DNA of 64,000 bases from Planctomycetota bacterium (lineage in GTDB: Bacteria > Planctomycetota > Planctomycetia > Pirellulales > Pirellulaceae): positions 6,159 through 70,158 of the forward strand of contig JACNKX010000113.1 in assembly GCA_014381825.1 (NCBI GenBank), in the 5' to 3' direction. Shown here in pieces: positions 6,346-15,583 of the stretch (positions within the stretch are counted from its first letter, which is position 1; each line of letters starts with the position of its first letter). Under the pieces are notes generated by a model, which saw nothing but the letters and a program-made list of their open reading frames with translations, was not told the DNA's origin and did not search any database. The translations under genes were made by a program, and so were the position numbers.

Positions 6346-6429
6346 TTGCTTCGTTTTCAGCAATCAGTGTTCAGTTTTCAGTCTCTTTGGCTGAACACCA
6401 AAAACTTCTTACTGAAAACTTCGACTCAG

Positions 6430-6501
6430 TGGGGCCGGAGGGATTCGAACCCACGCCGTGCGGTTTAAAAGACCGCTGTGCGACCACTACACCACAACCC
6501 C
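6430..6501 (-). tRNA. tRNA-Lys (TTT)
   Basis: 72 nt with acceptor GGGGTTG/CGGCCCC (G-U pairs). Anticodon arm is GCGGT-CTTTTAA-ACCGC, T loop TTCGAAT, discriminator A. Confidence 0.75.
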
Positions 6502-6587
6502 AGATTGATGTGGGGCTGCGTTTGAATCGTTGCCGGACAGTCATTTCCTCTGGCTCCTGAATTCTGTTCTCAGACGTCTTCCGCGAG

Positions 6588-6659
6588 TGGATCGGGAGGC
6601 GCTCGAATCCTCGTCTGCAGCTCTTCAGACTGCCGCTAAACCTTCTCAGCTACCGATCC
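6588..6659 (-). tRNA. tRNA-Phe (GAA); first gene of the array in transcription order
   Basis: 72 nt with a perfect acceptor GGATCGG/CCGATCC and anticodon arm GCAGT-CTGAAGA-GCTGC. The T arm GAGGA-TTCGAGC-GCCTC has an A53-G61 mismatch. Discriminator is A. Confidence 0.7.
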
Positions 6660-6746
6660 GTAATTGCGCACGTTGAGCGCAAGATTCGTCACTCTCTGTT
6701 TTGCATTGGGGATTGTCGCGTTGCCCGCGCTTCGACCAGGCGCATG

Positions 6747-6782
6747 AAAAAAGGCCTGATGTCTTTGTGACACTAGGCCTTT
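6747..6782 (-). terminator. Candidate intrinsic terminator downstream of the glycosyltransferase gene
   Basis: The minus strand reads AAAGGCCT-(17-nt loop)-AGGCCTTTTTT. This is a GC-core stem followed by a T-run, lying between the stop at 7023 and the tRNA array. The loop is rather large. Confidence 0.4.
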
Positions 6783-7022
6783 GGTTGCCTTACCCTAAGG
6801 GGCGAGTGTCACATGCGCAGCGCGAGTGGACTTTGTTCATTATCCACACTGATATTCCTACCCGCGTTGTATGTTGAGCTTATGAGACTCGACTGTAAAA
6901 ACATCATCTGTTGAATCCTCCGACGAACAAGACGCGCTCGTCGCATCTTTTATTTCCTTCGTACAGAGAAATAGACGAACTTCTTCCTAGATGGTTCGCG
7001 ATTCGTCGAAAAGAAAGTTTGT

Positions 7023-7973
7023 TTAATCGAGTTCGTCTATTAGACGATTCCACAACTCGCGTTCATGACGGGGCTCAACAAGAGGGAGCAGCCGACGGCA
7101 ACATCGCTCAAGCTTGGCATAGAACTGTTGATCTTGTTCAGCTCGTTGCAACATCACACGCAATTCGCTTGCATCGCCAACTTCGAAATAACCAGGATAG
7201 TCGTCACCGAGCAAACCGATCGATCCAGAAATTCGTGATGCAATGATTGGTGTGCCAGCTGCGACCGCTTCGGAGACAACATTAGCACCGCCTTCGAGTC
7301 GCGAACTCAACACCAACAAGCGCGCCCGAGCGAGTCTTCGCTTCGTCTGCGACGGAGACAACTCGCCGATCCATTGATAACGTGAGTTGCGATCCATCTC
7401 GTCACGCGCCCGCTGGGCCATCGATTTGCTGAGTGCAGCGCCGATGTGTACGATGCGGATGCGAGACGACTCAGGCAAACCTCTCGCCGCAATCGCCGTT
7501 CGAAACGGATCTTTCACTGGTCGCAAGTGCCCTACAACCGCGATCTCAAACACGGAACTCAATGGAGTCGGTGGCTTGGACAATCCGGTCGCGGATTGTT
7601 GAATGACTCGAGCCTTCGCTTGAAGCGGCTTTGGCAACGCAATCACACCTGCTGGCTGCAACAATACCAGACGGTCGGCCAGTTCAAGAGACTGCTGAGC
7701 CACACGGCTCGTCTTGATGTCACGATAGAGGTCCGTCCCCGTTAACGTGAGAAGCAGCGGGGCCTCCGAGCGCGCCTCGTGAAATCGGCGGACGGATTGC
7801 GCGCTACGCCTGGCGTGCAGAGCGATCATCAAATCGCACGGTTGCTGAACGAAGGACTCCGCCAAGGCAACTCGATGTCCCAAGTCGCGCAGCAAACTGG
7901 CCCACCGTAGCGCGGTGATGCGGTTGCCCTTGCGAGATCGCGGTGGCGCGGGAGTAACAATCAGAATCCGCAT
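7023..7973 (-). CDS. GT-B fold glycosyltransferase (GT4-like; N-terminus resembles the TIGR04348/SenB-type family)
   Basis: 316-aa ORF with ATG start. 'MRILIVTPAPPRSRKGNRITALRWASLLRDLGH' and the C-terminal 'EGGANVVSEAVAAGTPIIAS' are typical of retaining GT4-like enzymes. The family assignment is from memory only. Confidence 0.65.
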   Translation of the reverse strand: MRILIVTPAPPRSRKGNRITALRWASLLRDLGHRVALAESFVQQPCDLMIALHARRSAQSVRRFHEARSEAPLLLTLTGTDLYRDIKTSRVAQQSLELADRLVLLQPAGVIALPKPLQAKARVIQQSATGLSKPPTPLSSVFEIAVVGHLRPVKDPFRTAIAARGLPESSRIRIVHIGAALSKSMAQRARDEMDRNSRYQWIGELSPSQTKRRLARARLLVLSSRLEGGANVVSEAVAAGTPIIASRISGSIGLLGDDYPGYFEVGDASELRVMLQRAEQDQQFYAKLERCCRRLLPLVEPRHERELWNRLIDELD

Positions 7974-7984
7974 GCACTCGCTTT

Positions 7985-9427
7985 TTAGCCAAACAGCTCG
8001 AGAACTGGCTTGCCTCCGTCGACAATCGGAACGGGACGGCGCTGCGCGTCAATGATGCGGGCTTCCGGATCGATGCCGAGCGCGTGATAGATCGTCGCGG
8101 CAAGGTCTTCGGGCGAGACTGGATTGCTGACCGCGTAAGCCGCATCCTTGTCGGTCTCGCCATAAATCATGCCACCACGGATTCCCGCGCCGGCCAGAAC
8201 AGCCGGAAACAGCGTACTCCAGTGATTGCGTCCCCACTTTGCGTTCGCCTTGGGCGTTCGGCCCATCTCGCCCATCGCAACGACCAGCGTCTCGTCGAGC
8301 AAGCCGCGATCATCAAGATCAACAAGCAACGAGGACAGCGCTTGATCTAACCCAGGCAGCAAGTGCTTCTGGACATCGTCGCTATGCTGATGCGAATCCC
8401 AACTGTAACCATCGACACAATCGTAATGCACAGTCACGAAGCGAGCGCCCGCTTCGACCAGTCGCCGCGCGACCAGCGTCGATTGTCCAAACAAATTGCG
8501 ACCGTATTGATCGCGAAGTTTGCCAGGTTCCTTGCGGATGTCAAAAGCGTTGCGAGTCTTTTCAGACGTAACCAGCTCCAGTGCCTGCTGTCTGAATTTG
8601 TCGTACGCCTGAACAGAACCATACTCTTCAGCCAAACGACGCTGGTCATCAAGCTGTTGCAACAACGACTTGCGTTGGTCGAGCCGGTCGAGCGTCACGT
8701 CCGCTCGCGCCTCAAGTCCCTGAATTTGATAATTCAACTCGTCGTCGGCACAATCTCGCCAGTACGGGTTATCTTTTGCATCCTTCTTATCAATGCGAGT
8801 GTTGAGCGGATCGAAAGCCCGGCCAAGCCAACCTGCCGTCTCTCCAGGGCGTCGGAGTTGGACTCGGTAGTCTTGCAGTCGACCAAGAAAGTTCGGAACG
8901 ACAACGTAGGGCGACATCTCCCGCGTCGAGTCGTTGGGAACTTGCTGCGAGAAGTGCTTGACGACTGATCCCATCGCGGGCCAATCGTTCGGTGTCACAT
9001 TAAATCCGCCACCGATCGGAATCTGCCAGCGATGTCCCGTCTGGATATAATGCCCGCCACCACTGTGATCGTTGAAGTCATGCGTCATTGTCTTGATGAC
9101 CGCAAACTTGTCTGAGACTGCGGCGCACCGCGAAAGAGGTTCGCTGATCAAGAGGCCCGGCGTTCGACACGCGACTGGTTTGAACGGCCCTCGAATTTCT
9201 TCGGGCGCGTCGGGCTTCATATCAAACGTCTCAAGCTGACTCGGCCCGCCAAAGCAGAACAGAAAGATCACTGACTTTGCGCGGGCATTTCGAAACGGCA
9301 GCTCTTCTTCCGCTTGCAACAACTTTGGCACGGACAACCCGAGAAGCCCTGCGCCTCCAGCCTGAAGAACCTGTCGGCGAGTCGTCCCGTCGCAAACGCG
9401 AGCTGGTCTTCCTAGTACATTCAGCAC
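7985..9427 (-). CDS. DUF1501 domain protein (sulfatase-fold) with Tat-type signal
   Basis: 480-aa ORF with GTG start. It has a 'TRRQVLQAGGAGLLGL' twin-arginine leader and 'FGGPSQLETFDMKPDAP', typical of planctomycete DUF1501 proteins. Confidence 0.85.
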   Translation of the reverse strand: MLNVLGRPARVCDGTTRRQVLQAGGAGLLGLSVPKLLQAEEELPFRNARAKSVIFLFCFGGPSQLETFDMKPDAPEEIRGPFKPVACRTPGLLISEPLSRCAAVSDKFAVIKTMTHDFNDHSGGGHYIQTGHRWQIPIGGGFNVTPNDWPAMGSVVKHFSQQVPNDSTREMSPYVVVPNFLGRLQDYRVQLRRPGETAGWLGRAFDPLNTRIDKKDAKDNPYWRDCADDELNYQIQGLEARADVTLDRLDQRKSLLQQLDDQRRLAEEYGSVQAYDKFRQQALELVTSEKTRNAFDIRKEPGKLRDQYGRNLFGQSTLVARRLVEAGARFVTVHYDCVDGYSWDSHQHSDDVQKHLLPGLDQALSSLLVDLDDRGLLDETLVVAMGEMGRTPKANAKWGRNHWSTLFPAVLAGAGIRGGMIYGETDKDAAYAVSNPVSPEDLAATIYHALGIDPEARIIDAQRRPVPIVDGGKPVLELFG

Positions 9428-9692
9428 TGCTTCGCTCCTACGCCGTCGCCGGTTTGAAATGTCTGTTGGAGTACAGCCTTTTAGGCTTCCACAACAGGCT
9501 AAAGCCTGGACTCCAGCAATCGGCTCCTACAAATTCATCCTGCTGCCAAGGTACTCGTTCGCGAGCTAGCAGGCAACCTAAATACACTTGCTAGCGACAC
9601 CCTGACGATCCGAACGATCTTGTTACGCAACGCCAGATCGTTTACAAGCCGCCACCCCTCAGTAGGCTAATCGCGACGGAAGAGTTTAAAAA

Positions 9693-10019
9693 ATGCAAAA
9701 GATCCTTCTTGTAGTTCTTATCGGTTCCTTGCTTGTCCCAGCATTGGCTGCTCAAGAACCAATCGAAGCACCAACCATCGAAGCGAACGTAGCTGGCCTC
9801 AAGACTCAACTTGAATCTGGCCTCAAGGCGCGTCGACCAGAAGAGTTCGCGTTTATCACAAAAGTGGTAACAATGGTCGGCAACGATCAACTTTCGCTCA
9901 AACTCGTAAAGAGCACGTTCCAGTGGACGCGGCAGAATCCCGCCGCCAAAAAATACCCGTTCTTTTACTTCCAACGGGCACTCCGCGAGCGAGCAAAGAA
10001 GCTTGGGATCACCGTGTAG
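9693..10019 (+). CDS. Small secreted hypothetical protein
   Basis: 108-aa ORF with ATG start and a clear signal peptide, 'MQKILLVVLIGSLLVPALAAQ'. I recognise no family. Confidence 0.45.
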   Translation: MQKILLVVLIGSLLVPALAAQEPIEAPTIEANVAGLKTQLESGLKARRPEEFAFITKVVTMVGNDQLSLKLVKSTFQWTRQNPAAKKYPFFYFQRALRERAKKLGITV

Positions 10020-10089
10020 CCGTCACGCTCCGAGTGACGAACGACACTGTCCAACGTTACGTGATCACCACACGGAGAGTGATGGCTAC
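10016..10089. repeat. Paired palindromic repeat, copy 3 (arms 10016-10042 and 10061-10089)
   Basis: 'gtagccgtcacgctccgagtgacgaac' and, inverted, 'gtgatcaccacacggagagtgatggctac'. The copy sits between two convergent gene ends. Confidence 0.8.
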
Positions 10090-11417
10090 TATCGAGTCGC
10101 CCAGTAGCCGCCACGAGCATGATCGTAATTTGCTTCGCTGCCACGACGCGACTCGTCAAACGCTCCGTCGCGGAATACTTCGTGCCCCATTACCCATGTC
10201 CGCACGGGCCAACCTGTCAGCGATTCACCATGCCAGGGGCTCCACTTGCTCTTCGTTTCTTGCTCTTCGTTGCGAACGACAGCGGTCTTGTCGAGATCAA
10301 CAAGTACAAGGTCCGCGTCGTATCCGACGGCGATGCGCCCTTTATCGACAATATCCCACACACGCGCCGGCGCGTCGCACATCCATTGCACTACTTGCTC
10401 AATCGTACAGCGGCCTTGATGGACTTGGTTGAGCATCAACGCGAGTGAGTTTTCGACCGCGGGTAACCCAGATGGTGACTTTGGATACGGCTGACGTTTC
10501 TCTTCCAAAGTATGCGGAGCATGATCGGTTGCGACGACCTGAATCAGTCCGTCGAGCAACGCCTGCCAGAGCTGTACATTGTCTTCCTTGTTCTTGATCG
10601 AAGGATTCATCTGTACGAATGAGCCTAGCCTCGCGTAATCATCGACGTTGAAAAAAAGATGATGCGGACAAACCTCTGCCGTGATCAAGTTGTCGTGGTC
10701 AGCGAGTAAAGGAGTCTCGGCGCCGGTCGATACGTGCAACACGTGAAAGCGATGTTGATGCCGCTTCGCGAGGTCGATAGCGCGTCGGGTCGCGATTATC
10801 GCGGCTTCGTGGTCACGGATTCGTGAATGGTCGGTGATATCGGTCGTGCCGGCAAACCGTTCGGTGTTTGCTCGAACAGTTGTTTCGTCTTCACAGTGAG
10901 CACACACGGGGAGAGTTGACTCGGCGAAGATGCGTTCGAGTGCTTCCTGTTCATCGACAAGCAAGTTGCCGGTACTCGAGCCGATGAAGATCTTGATGCC
11001 TGGAGTCCGATGTGCCTGTTTGAGTACATTGGTGTTGTCGGGAGTCGCCCCGATGTAGAAGCCATAGTTGACGAGGCTCTTCCCTGCGGCCAGCTCCAAC
11101 TTACTCTCTAACGCTTCTTGCGTGATCGTATTTGGATTCGTGTTTGGCATCTCCAGAAAAGTCGTGACCCCACCTTTCGCACACGCACGACTCGCCGTGT
11201 AAATGTCTTCCTTGTGAGTCAGGCCCGGGTCGCGAAAGTGAACTTGATCGTCGATCACGCCTGGCAGCAGGTGAAGCCCTTCTGCATCGACGATGTTATC
11301 TGCGGCGATTTGAGCCGCTGGATCGATGTCGACGATTTTTGTCCCTTCGATCAAGACGGATAGGCGCGACGTCGAATCGGGGAGCATTACGATGGCATTC
11401 TTGATGAGCGTTTTCAT
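10089..11417 (-). CDS. pyrC: Dihydroorotase (cyclic amidohydrolase)
   Basis: 442 aa with ATG start. '[16 protein letters not shown]', '[14 protein letters not shown]' and 'VATDHAPH' are dihydroorotase/allantoinase metal-ligand motifs. Confidence 0.8.
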   Translation of the reverse strand: MKTLIKNAIVMLPDSTSRLSVLIEGTKIVDIDPAAQIAADNIVDAEGLHLLPGVIDDQVHFRDPGLTHKEDIYTASRACAKGGVTTFLEMPNTNPNTITQEALESKLELAAGKSLVNYGFYIGATPDNTNVLKQAHRTPGIKIFIGSSTGNLLVDEQEALERIFAESTLPVCAHCEDETTVRANTERFAGTTDITDHSRIRDHEAAIIATRRAIDLAKRHQHRFHVLHVSTGAETPLLADHDNLITAEVCPHHLFFNVDDYARLGSFVQMNPSIKNKEDNVQLWQALLDGLIQVVATDHAPHTLEEKRQPYPKSPSGLPAVENSLALMLNQVHQGRCTIEQVVQWMCDAPARVWDIVDKGRIAVGYDADLVLVDLDKTAVVRNEEQETKSKWSPWHGESLTGWPVRTWVMGHEVFRDGAFDESRRGSEANYDHARGGYWATR

Positions 11418-11585
11418 CTCCGAACGCTACACAACATCAAGCACTTCATCAATCGCCCATCGCGAAGAACGCTTCTAACTTACGATCAACAGCTGGAAGC
11501 TTATCCCAGGGACGCTGGCGGATACGGCGTATTCGTGAAATAATGACGGAAATAGTTGCTTGGGACACAGAATCAGAGTTTACCA

Positions 11586-13304
11586 ATGGGCAAACATTCA
11601 GAACCTTCCCTCGGAATCGATCTAGGCACGACGTACTCCGTCGTCGCGCATCTGGATCGCGATGGCAAACCAATGACACTTGCAAACGACGAGGGCGAGT
11701 TGACGACGCCCAGCGTCGTCTTCTTCGATAAAAGTGGCACGGTTGTCGGTCGCGAAGCGATCAAGGCGGCCGAGTTCGAACCGCAGCGAGTTGCTCGGTT
11801 CGCGAAACGAGACATGGGAGAAGGGTTTTATCACAGGTCGATTCTCGGAAATCAACTTCCACCGGAAGTCATTCAAGCATTGATTCTCAGGAAGCTCAAG
11901 CAAGACACCGAGCTGCGAATCGGCGCTTTCACCAAAGCGGTCGTCACGGTGCCGGCCTACTTCAACGAGCCTCGTCGTAAAGCAACTCAAGACGCAGGAC
12001 GGCTGTCAGGCATCGATGTCCTCGACATTATCAACGAGCCGACCGCTGCTGCGATTGCTTACGGCGTGCAGCAGGGTTTTCTGTCGACGAGCGGCGAAGC
12101 TCACGAACGAGAACTCGTGTTGGTCTACGATCTTGGTGGCGGGACATTTGATGTCACGTTGATGGAGATCGTTGGTCGCAAATTCAACGCGATCGCGACC
12201 GCTGGCGATGTGCATCTGGGTGGCATCGACTGGGATCAAAGCATTGCCGAAATGGTGAACGACCGATTCAAGGACGAGCATGGCGCCGACCTGCGGAAAG
12301 ACACGACCGCTTCGGAAACGCTGATCGACGAGTCGATTCGCGTTAAGCATGCACTGACGGCTCGTGACGAAGCCACGATTCGATTCGTACATAATGAGAA
12401 ACGATTGCAGCTTGATTTAACCCGCGCGGAGTTCGAACTGCGCACCGCCGGTTTGCTCGATCGGACTCGAATGACAGTCAAGCGTCTGCTGAAAGACGCG
12501 CAGGTCACTTGGTCGGATCTAACGCGATTGCTGCTCGTCGGTGGTTCGACAAGGATGCCAATGGTACAGACGATGCTCGAACAGGAGTCCGGTTTGAAAG
12601 TTGATCGCTCGCTCTCGCCGGACGAAGCCGTCGCACAGGGCGCGGCAATCTATGCGGGCATGTTGCTGGCGGGTGGCAAAGGCGTCAAGCAATCGTTCGA
12701 TGTTCAAAATGTCAGTTCGCACGACCTCGGTGTAATGGGAGTCGATCCAACGACCGGCCGCCCTCGTCGTCATGTCATGATCCCTAGAAACTCGCCATTG
12801 CCATGCAAGCGAGCAAGCCTCTTTAAGACGGCAAAACGGGACCAAAAGAGTGTCGTGGTTCACGTTGTCGAGGGTGGTACGGATGCCGGGCAAGGCGCGA
12901 CAGCCATTGGCAAGTGTGTCGTGCAAGGACTTCCCAAAGAGCTCCCCCAAGGTGAACCAGTGAAGGTCATCTTCAAGTACGGAAGCGATGGCCGTTTAGC
13001 CGTTCGTGCCGAACTGCCCGATACTTCTTGTGATGCACAATCGATTATCGAACGAGCAGTCGGTATGTCGGGCGACCAGATCAACGCGTGGAGTGAACGG
13101 CTTTCAGGGGGCTTAGTACTCGAACCGGAGCAAGTGCCCGACGAACCGGCCGATGTAGGTGAAATTGAAAGTTTGCTCGAGGATGACGAGGGCGAGCTGG
13201 AGTTTTCCGACGACGATTCGGAGATGAAAGAAGAGCCAGAATCCCAGTCAGACCAAGGAACTGGCGACGATGCGCTGGATGATTTCCTGAAGGGAATCGG
13301 TTAG
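11586..13304 (+). CDS. Hsp70 family protein (non-canonical DnaK paralogue with acidic tail)
   Basis: 'GIDLGTTYSVVA', 'DLGGGTFDVTL' and 'LVGGSTRMP' actin-like ATPase motifs are present. The C-terminal ~50 aa are D/E-rich and lack EEVD. The start is uncertain: ATG at 11586 (MGKHSEP) or the alternative start at 11556 given by the track. Confidence 0.85.
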   Translation: MGKHSEPSLGIDLGTTYSVVAHLDRDGKPMTLANDEGELTTPSVVFFDKSGTVVGREAIKAAEFEPQRVARFAKRDMGEGFYHRSILGNQLPPEVIQALILRKLKQDTELRIGAFTKAVVTVPAYFNEPRRKATQDAGRLSGIDVLDIINEPTAAAIAYGVQQGFLSTSGEAHERELVLVYDLGGGTFDVTLMEIVGRKFNAIATAGDVHLGGIDWDQSIAEMVNDRFKDEHGADLRKDTTASETLIDESIRVKHALTARDEATIRFVHNEKRLQLDLTRAEFELRTAGLLDRTRMTVKRLLKDAQVTWSDLTRLLLVGGSTRMPMVQTMLEQESGLKVDRSLSPDEAVAQGAAIYAGMLLAGGKGVKQSFDVQNVSSHDLGVMGVDPTTGRPRRHVMIPRNSPLPCKRASLFKTAKRDQKSVVVHVVEGGTDAGQGATAIGKCVVQGLPKELPQGEPVKVIFKYGSDGRLAVRAELPDTSCDAQSIIERAVGMSGDQINAWSERLSGGLVLEPEQVPDEPADVGEIESLLEDDEGELEFSDDDSEMKEEPESQSDQGTGDDALDDFLKGIG

Positions 13305-13353
13305 GCTGGCTGAATCCAACGCTATGCCTCGATTCGCGCAATAAATAAAGTTC

Positions 13354-14103
13354 ATGTCTGACTTCGATCCGTACCACAAGTGGCTCGGCATTTCGCCGCA
13401 GCATCAGCCACCCAATCACTATCGACTTCTCTCGCTCGACTTGTATGAGTCTGATCCCGACGTCATCGAAGCTTCGGTTGATCGAATCGCCTCCTTTCTC
13501 CAAGACGTCGCGGCCGGCCCGCAGGCGAAAGAGTCGCAAAAGCTACTGAATGAGATCGCTGCGGCGCGACTTTGCTTGCTCGCCGAATCGCAAAAGTCAG
13601 CTTACGACGAAGTATTGAAGGCTGAATTGGCACAAGCGATTTGGCCTCCGGAGGACGAAGGCGAGCGCACACCGCCGCCACCAGTTGCGCCAGCCTTCGC
13701 AATCGATACGAACGCTAGTACCACCGCGAAGCCACCGCCTGCTCGCAAAGCAAACCCGAAACGACCAACCGTCGCTGCATCTCCGAAGCGGTCATCCAGC
13801 GCACCAGCAGCGAAGAAACCGAAGCAACAGAAGCAGCAAGCATCGCCGCTGCTGCTGCTCAGTTTCGCTTCCGGTGGCGTCCTTTTGATCTGTGCGATTG
13901 CCTTCGCCATGTTCGGAAGCGACAGTGAGGCGAAGCGCCGAGCTGCCGAAGAAGCGAGAGTCCGGGAACGCCAAGAAAGCTTCGCCGAGATGGGACGCCA
14001 GGCCGAGTCGATGATTCCTGACTTCGAAGCGAACTTCGAGTCCAACACGGCTGCGCCAGCAAGTTCGAGACCGAAGAAGAAACGGAAAAAGAACAAGAAG
14101 TAA
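13354..14103 (+). CDS. J-domain-like ('DPYHKWLGI') membrane-anchored protein lacking HPD
   Basis: 249 aa with ATG start, 50 bp downstream of the Hsp70 gene. The N-terminal ~90 aa resemble a J domain, but no HPD tripeptide is present. A Pro/Ala/Lys linker, a TM segment 'LLLLSFASGGVLLICAIAFAMF' and a basic tail follow. Confidence 0.6.
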   Translation: MSDFDPYHKWLGISPQHQPPNHYRLLSLDLYESDPDVIEASVDRIASFLQDVAAGPQAKESQKLLNEIAAARLCLLAESQKSAYDEVLKAELAQAIWPPEDEGERTPPPPVAPAFAIDTNASTTAKPPPARKANPKRPTVAASPKRSSSAPAAKKPKQQKQQASPLLLLSFASGGVLLICAIAFAMFGSDSEAKRRAAEEARVRERQESFAEMGRQAESMIPDFEANFESNTAAPASSRPKKKRKKNKK

Positions 14104-14134
14104 CCGCTGCTCGCTCGTCAAGGAATTGTGGCCG

Positions 14135-15583
14135 ATGTTTTATCGATTGATCGACAATGTTCGCTGTCCCTTCGTCTTCGCATGCCTATGCTTGATTGGG
14201 GGTGGACTTCAGGCTGCTACCGGCGCCAACAGCAAGCAACCCAATATCATCTTTTTGATCGCCGATGATCTTGGTTATGGCGAATTGGGCTGCCAGGGAA
14301 ACGCCGAAATCCCGACGCCGCACATCGACTCGATCGCCACGAACGGAACTCGTTTCACGCAAGGCTATGTCACGGCGCCGAATTGCAGCCCGTCGCGAGC
14401 GGGTTTCCTGACCGGACGCATCCCAACTCGATTTGGTTACGAGTTCAATCCGATCGGTGCTCGAAACGAAGATCCGGGAACAGGGTTGCCGAAAGCAGAA
14501 ACGACGATCGCCGAGTTGCTGCACGAACAGGGGTATACGACCGGCTTAATCGGTAAGTGGCATCTTGGCGGTGCCGCCGACTATCATCCCCATCGTCACG
14601 GCTTCGATGAATTCTTTGGCTTTATGCACGAGGGACACTACTTCGTGCCACCTCCTTATCGTGGCGTAACGACAATGTTACGGCGGCGAACGCTTCCCGG
14701 CGGCGGCCAAGGGCGGTGGTTAAGTGACCGGCTGATCTATACGACTCACATGGGTGGCAACGAACCCGATTACGACGCGAATAATCCAATCGTTCGCAGT
14801 GGGCAACCTGTTGTCGAGAACGAATACTTGACCGACGCTTTCACTCGCGAAGCCGTTGACTTTGTTGATCGACATGCCGACAAGCCCTTCTTTCTGTATC
14901 TCGCGTACAACGCCGTGCACAGTCCCCTCCAAGGCGCAGACAAGTACATGGATCGGTTTTCGCACATCGAAGACATCCACCGACGAATCTTTGCCGCGAT
15001 GCTTGCCAATCTCGACGATAGCGTCGGTGCAGTACTCGCCAAAGTCCACGAGAAGCAACTCGAAGAGAATACACTCATCTTCTTCATGAGCGACAACGGC
15101 GGACCGACTCGCGAACTGACGTCAAGTAATCTTCCCCTTCGTGGCGAGAAGGGAACGATGTATGAAGGTGGATTGCGAGTGCCGTTTATGGTTCAGTGGA
15201 AAGGAAAGGTCCCCGCCGGGAAAGTCTTCGACAAGCCTGTTGTTTCCGTCGATATGTTTGCAACCGCAGCACAACTTTCCGGTGCGAAGATACCGCAGAA
15301 TCTTGACGGCATAGATCTCATGCCCTATTTGACCGGCAAGCAATCCGACATTCCTCACGAGACTTTTTACTGGCGTCAGGGGGCGAAGATGGCATTGCGG
15401 CACGGCGATTGGAAGCTCGTAAATATGCAACGCAATCGCAGCCGACCGAAGTGGGAACTTTATAACATCGCGAACGATCTTAGTGAGAACAATGACCGAG
15501 CCGGAGAGAAGCCTGCAATGCTCAAGGAATTGCAAAACATATGGCGTCGCATGAATAATGAAATGAAAGAACCACTTTTCTAA
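14135..15583 (+). CDS. Arylsulfatase (formylglycine-dependent)
   Basis: 'NCSPSRAGFLTGR' CxPxR motif and 'FLIADDLGYG' are present, plus a signal-like N-terminus. The ATG at 14135 is preferred to the TTG at 14126. Confidence 0.9.
   Translation: MFYRLIDNVRCPFVFACLCLIGGGLQAATGANSKQPNIIFLIADDLGYGELGCQGNAEIPTPHIDSIATNGTRFTQGYVTAPNCSPSRAGFLTGRIPTRFGYEFNPIGARNEDPGTGLPKAETTIAELLHEQGYTTGLIGKWHLGGAADYHPHRHGFDEFFGFMHEGHYFVPPPYRGVTTMLRRRTLPGGGQGRWLSDRLIYTTHMGGNEPDYDANNPIVRSGQPVVENEYLTDAFTREAVDFVDRHADKPFFLYLAYNAVHSPLQGADKYMDRFSHIEDIHRRIFAAMLANLDDSVGAVLAKVHEKQLEENTLIFFMSDNGGPTRELTSSNLPLRGEKGTMYEGGLRVPFMVQWKGKVPAGKVFDKPVVSVDMFATAAQLSGAKIPQNLDGIDLMPYLTGKQSDIPHETFYWRQGAKMALRHGDWKLVNMQRNRSRPKWELYNIANDLSENNDRAGEKPAMLKELQNIWRRMNNEMKEPLF

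Noticed and set aside
2571-6560. About 20 ORFs of 60-160 aa in the track across the tRNA region (for example 3116..3559, 3843..4328, 4717..5028, 5075..5461, 5946..6200).
   Set aside because: They are read-through of tRNA genes and hairpin spacers, giving recurrent 'G(I/F)EPT' peptides from the T-arm consensus. They lack plausible starts or RBS and overlap well-folded tRNAs.
2692-6659. The regular alternation of ~75-nt units and ~80-nt spacers as a CRISPR-like array.
   Set aside because: The 'repeats' are different tRNA genes rather than a conserved direct repeat. No cas genes are present.
6660-6746. A promoter for the tRNA array upstream of tRNA-Phe.
   Set aside because: I found only a weak TTGCGC and no convincingly spaced -10 element. 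Planctomycete promoter consensus is poorly known, so I make no call.
7023-7973. Calling the glycosyltransferase senB (selenoneine pathway).
   Set aside because: This rests only on remembered N-terminal resemblance. No senA, selD or egtB-like genes are nearby, so it is kept as a generic GT.
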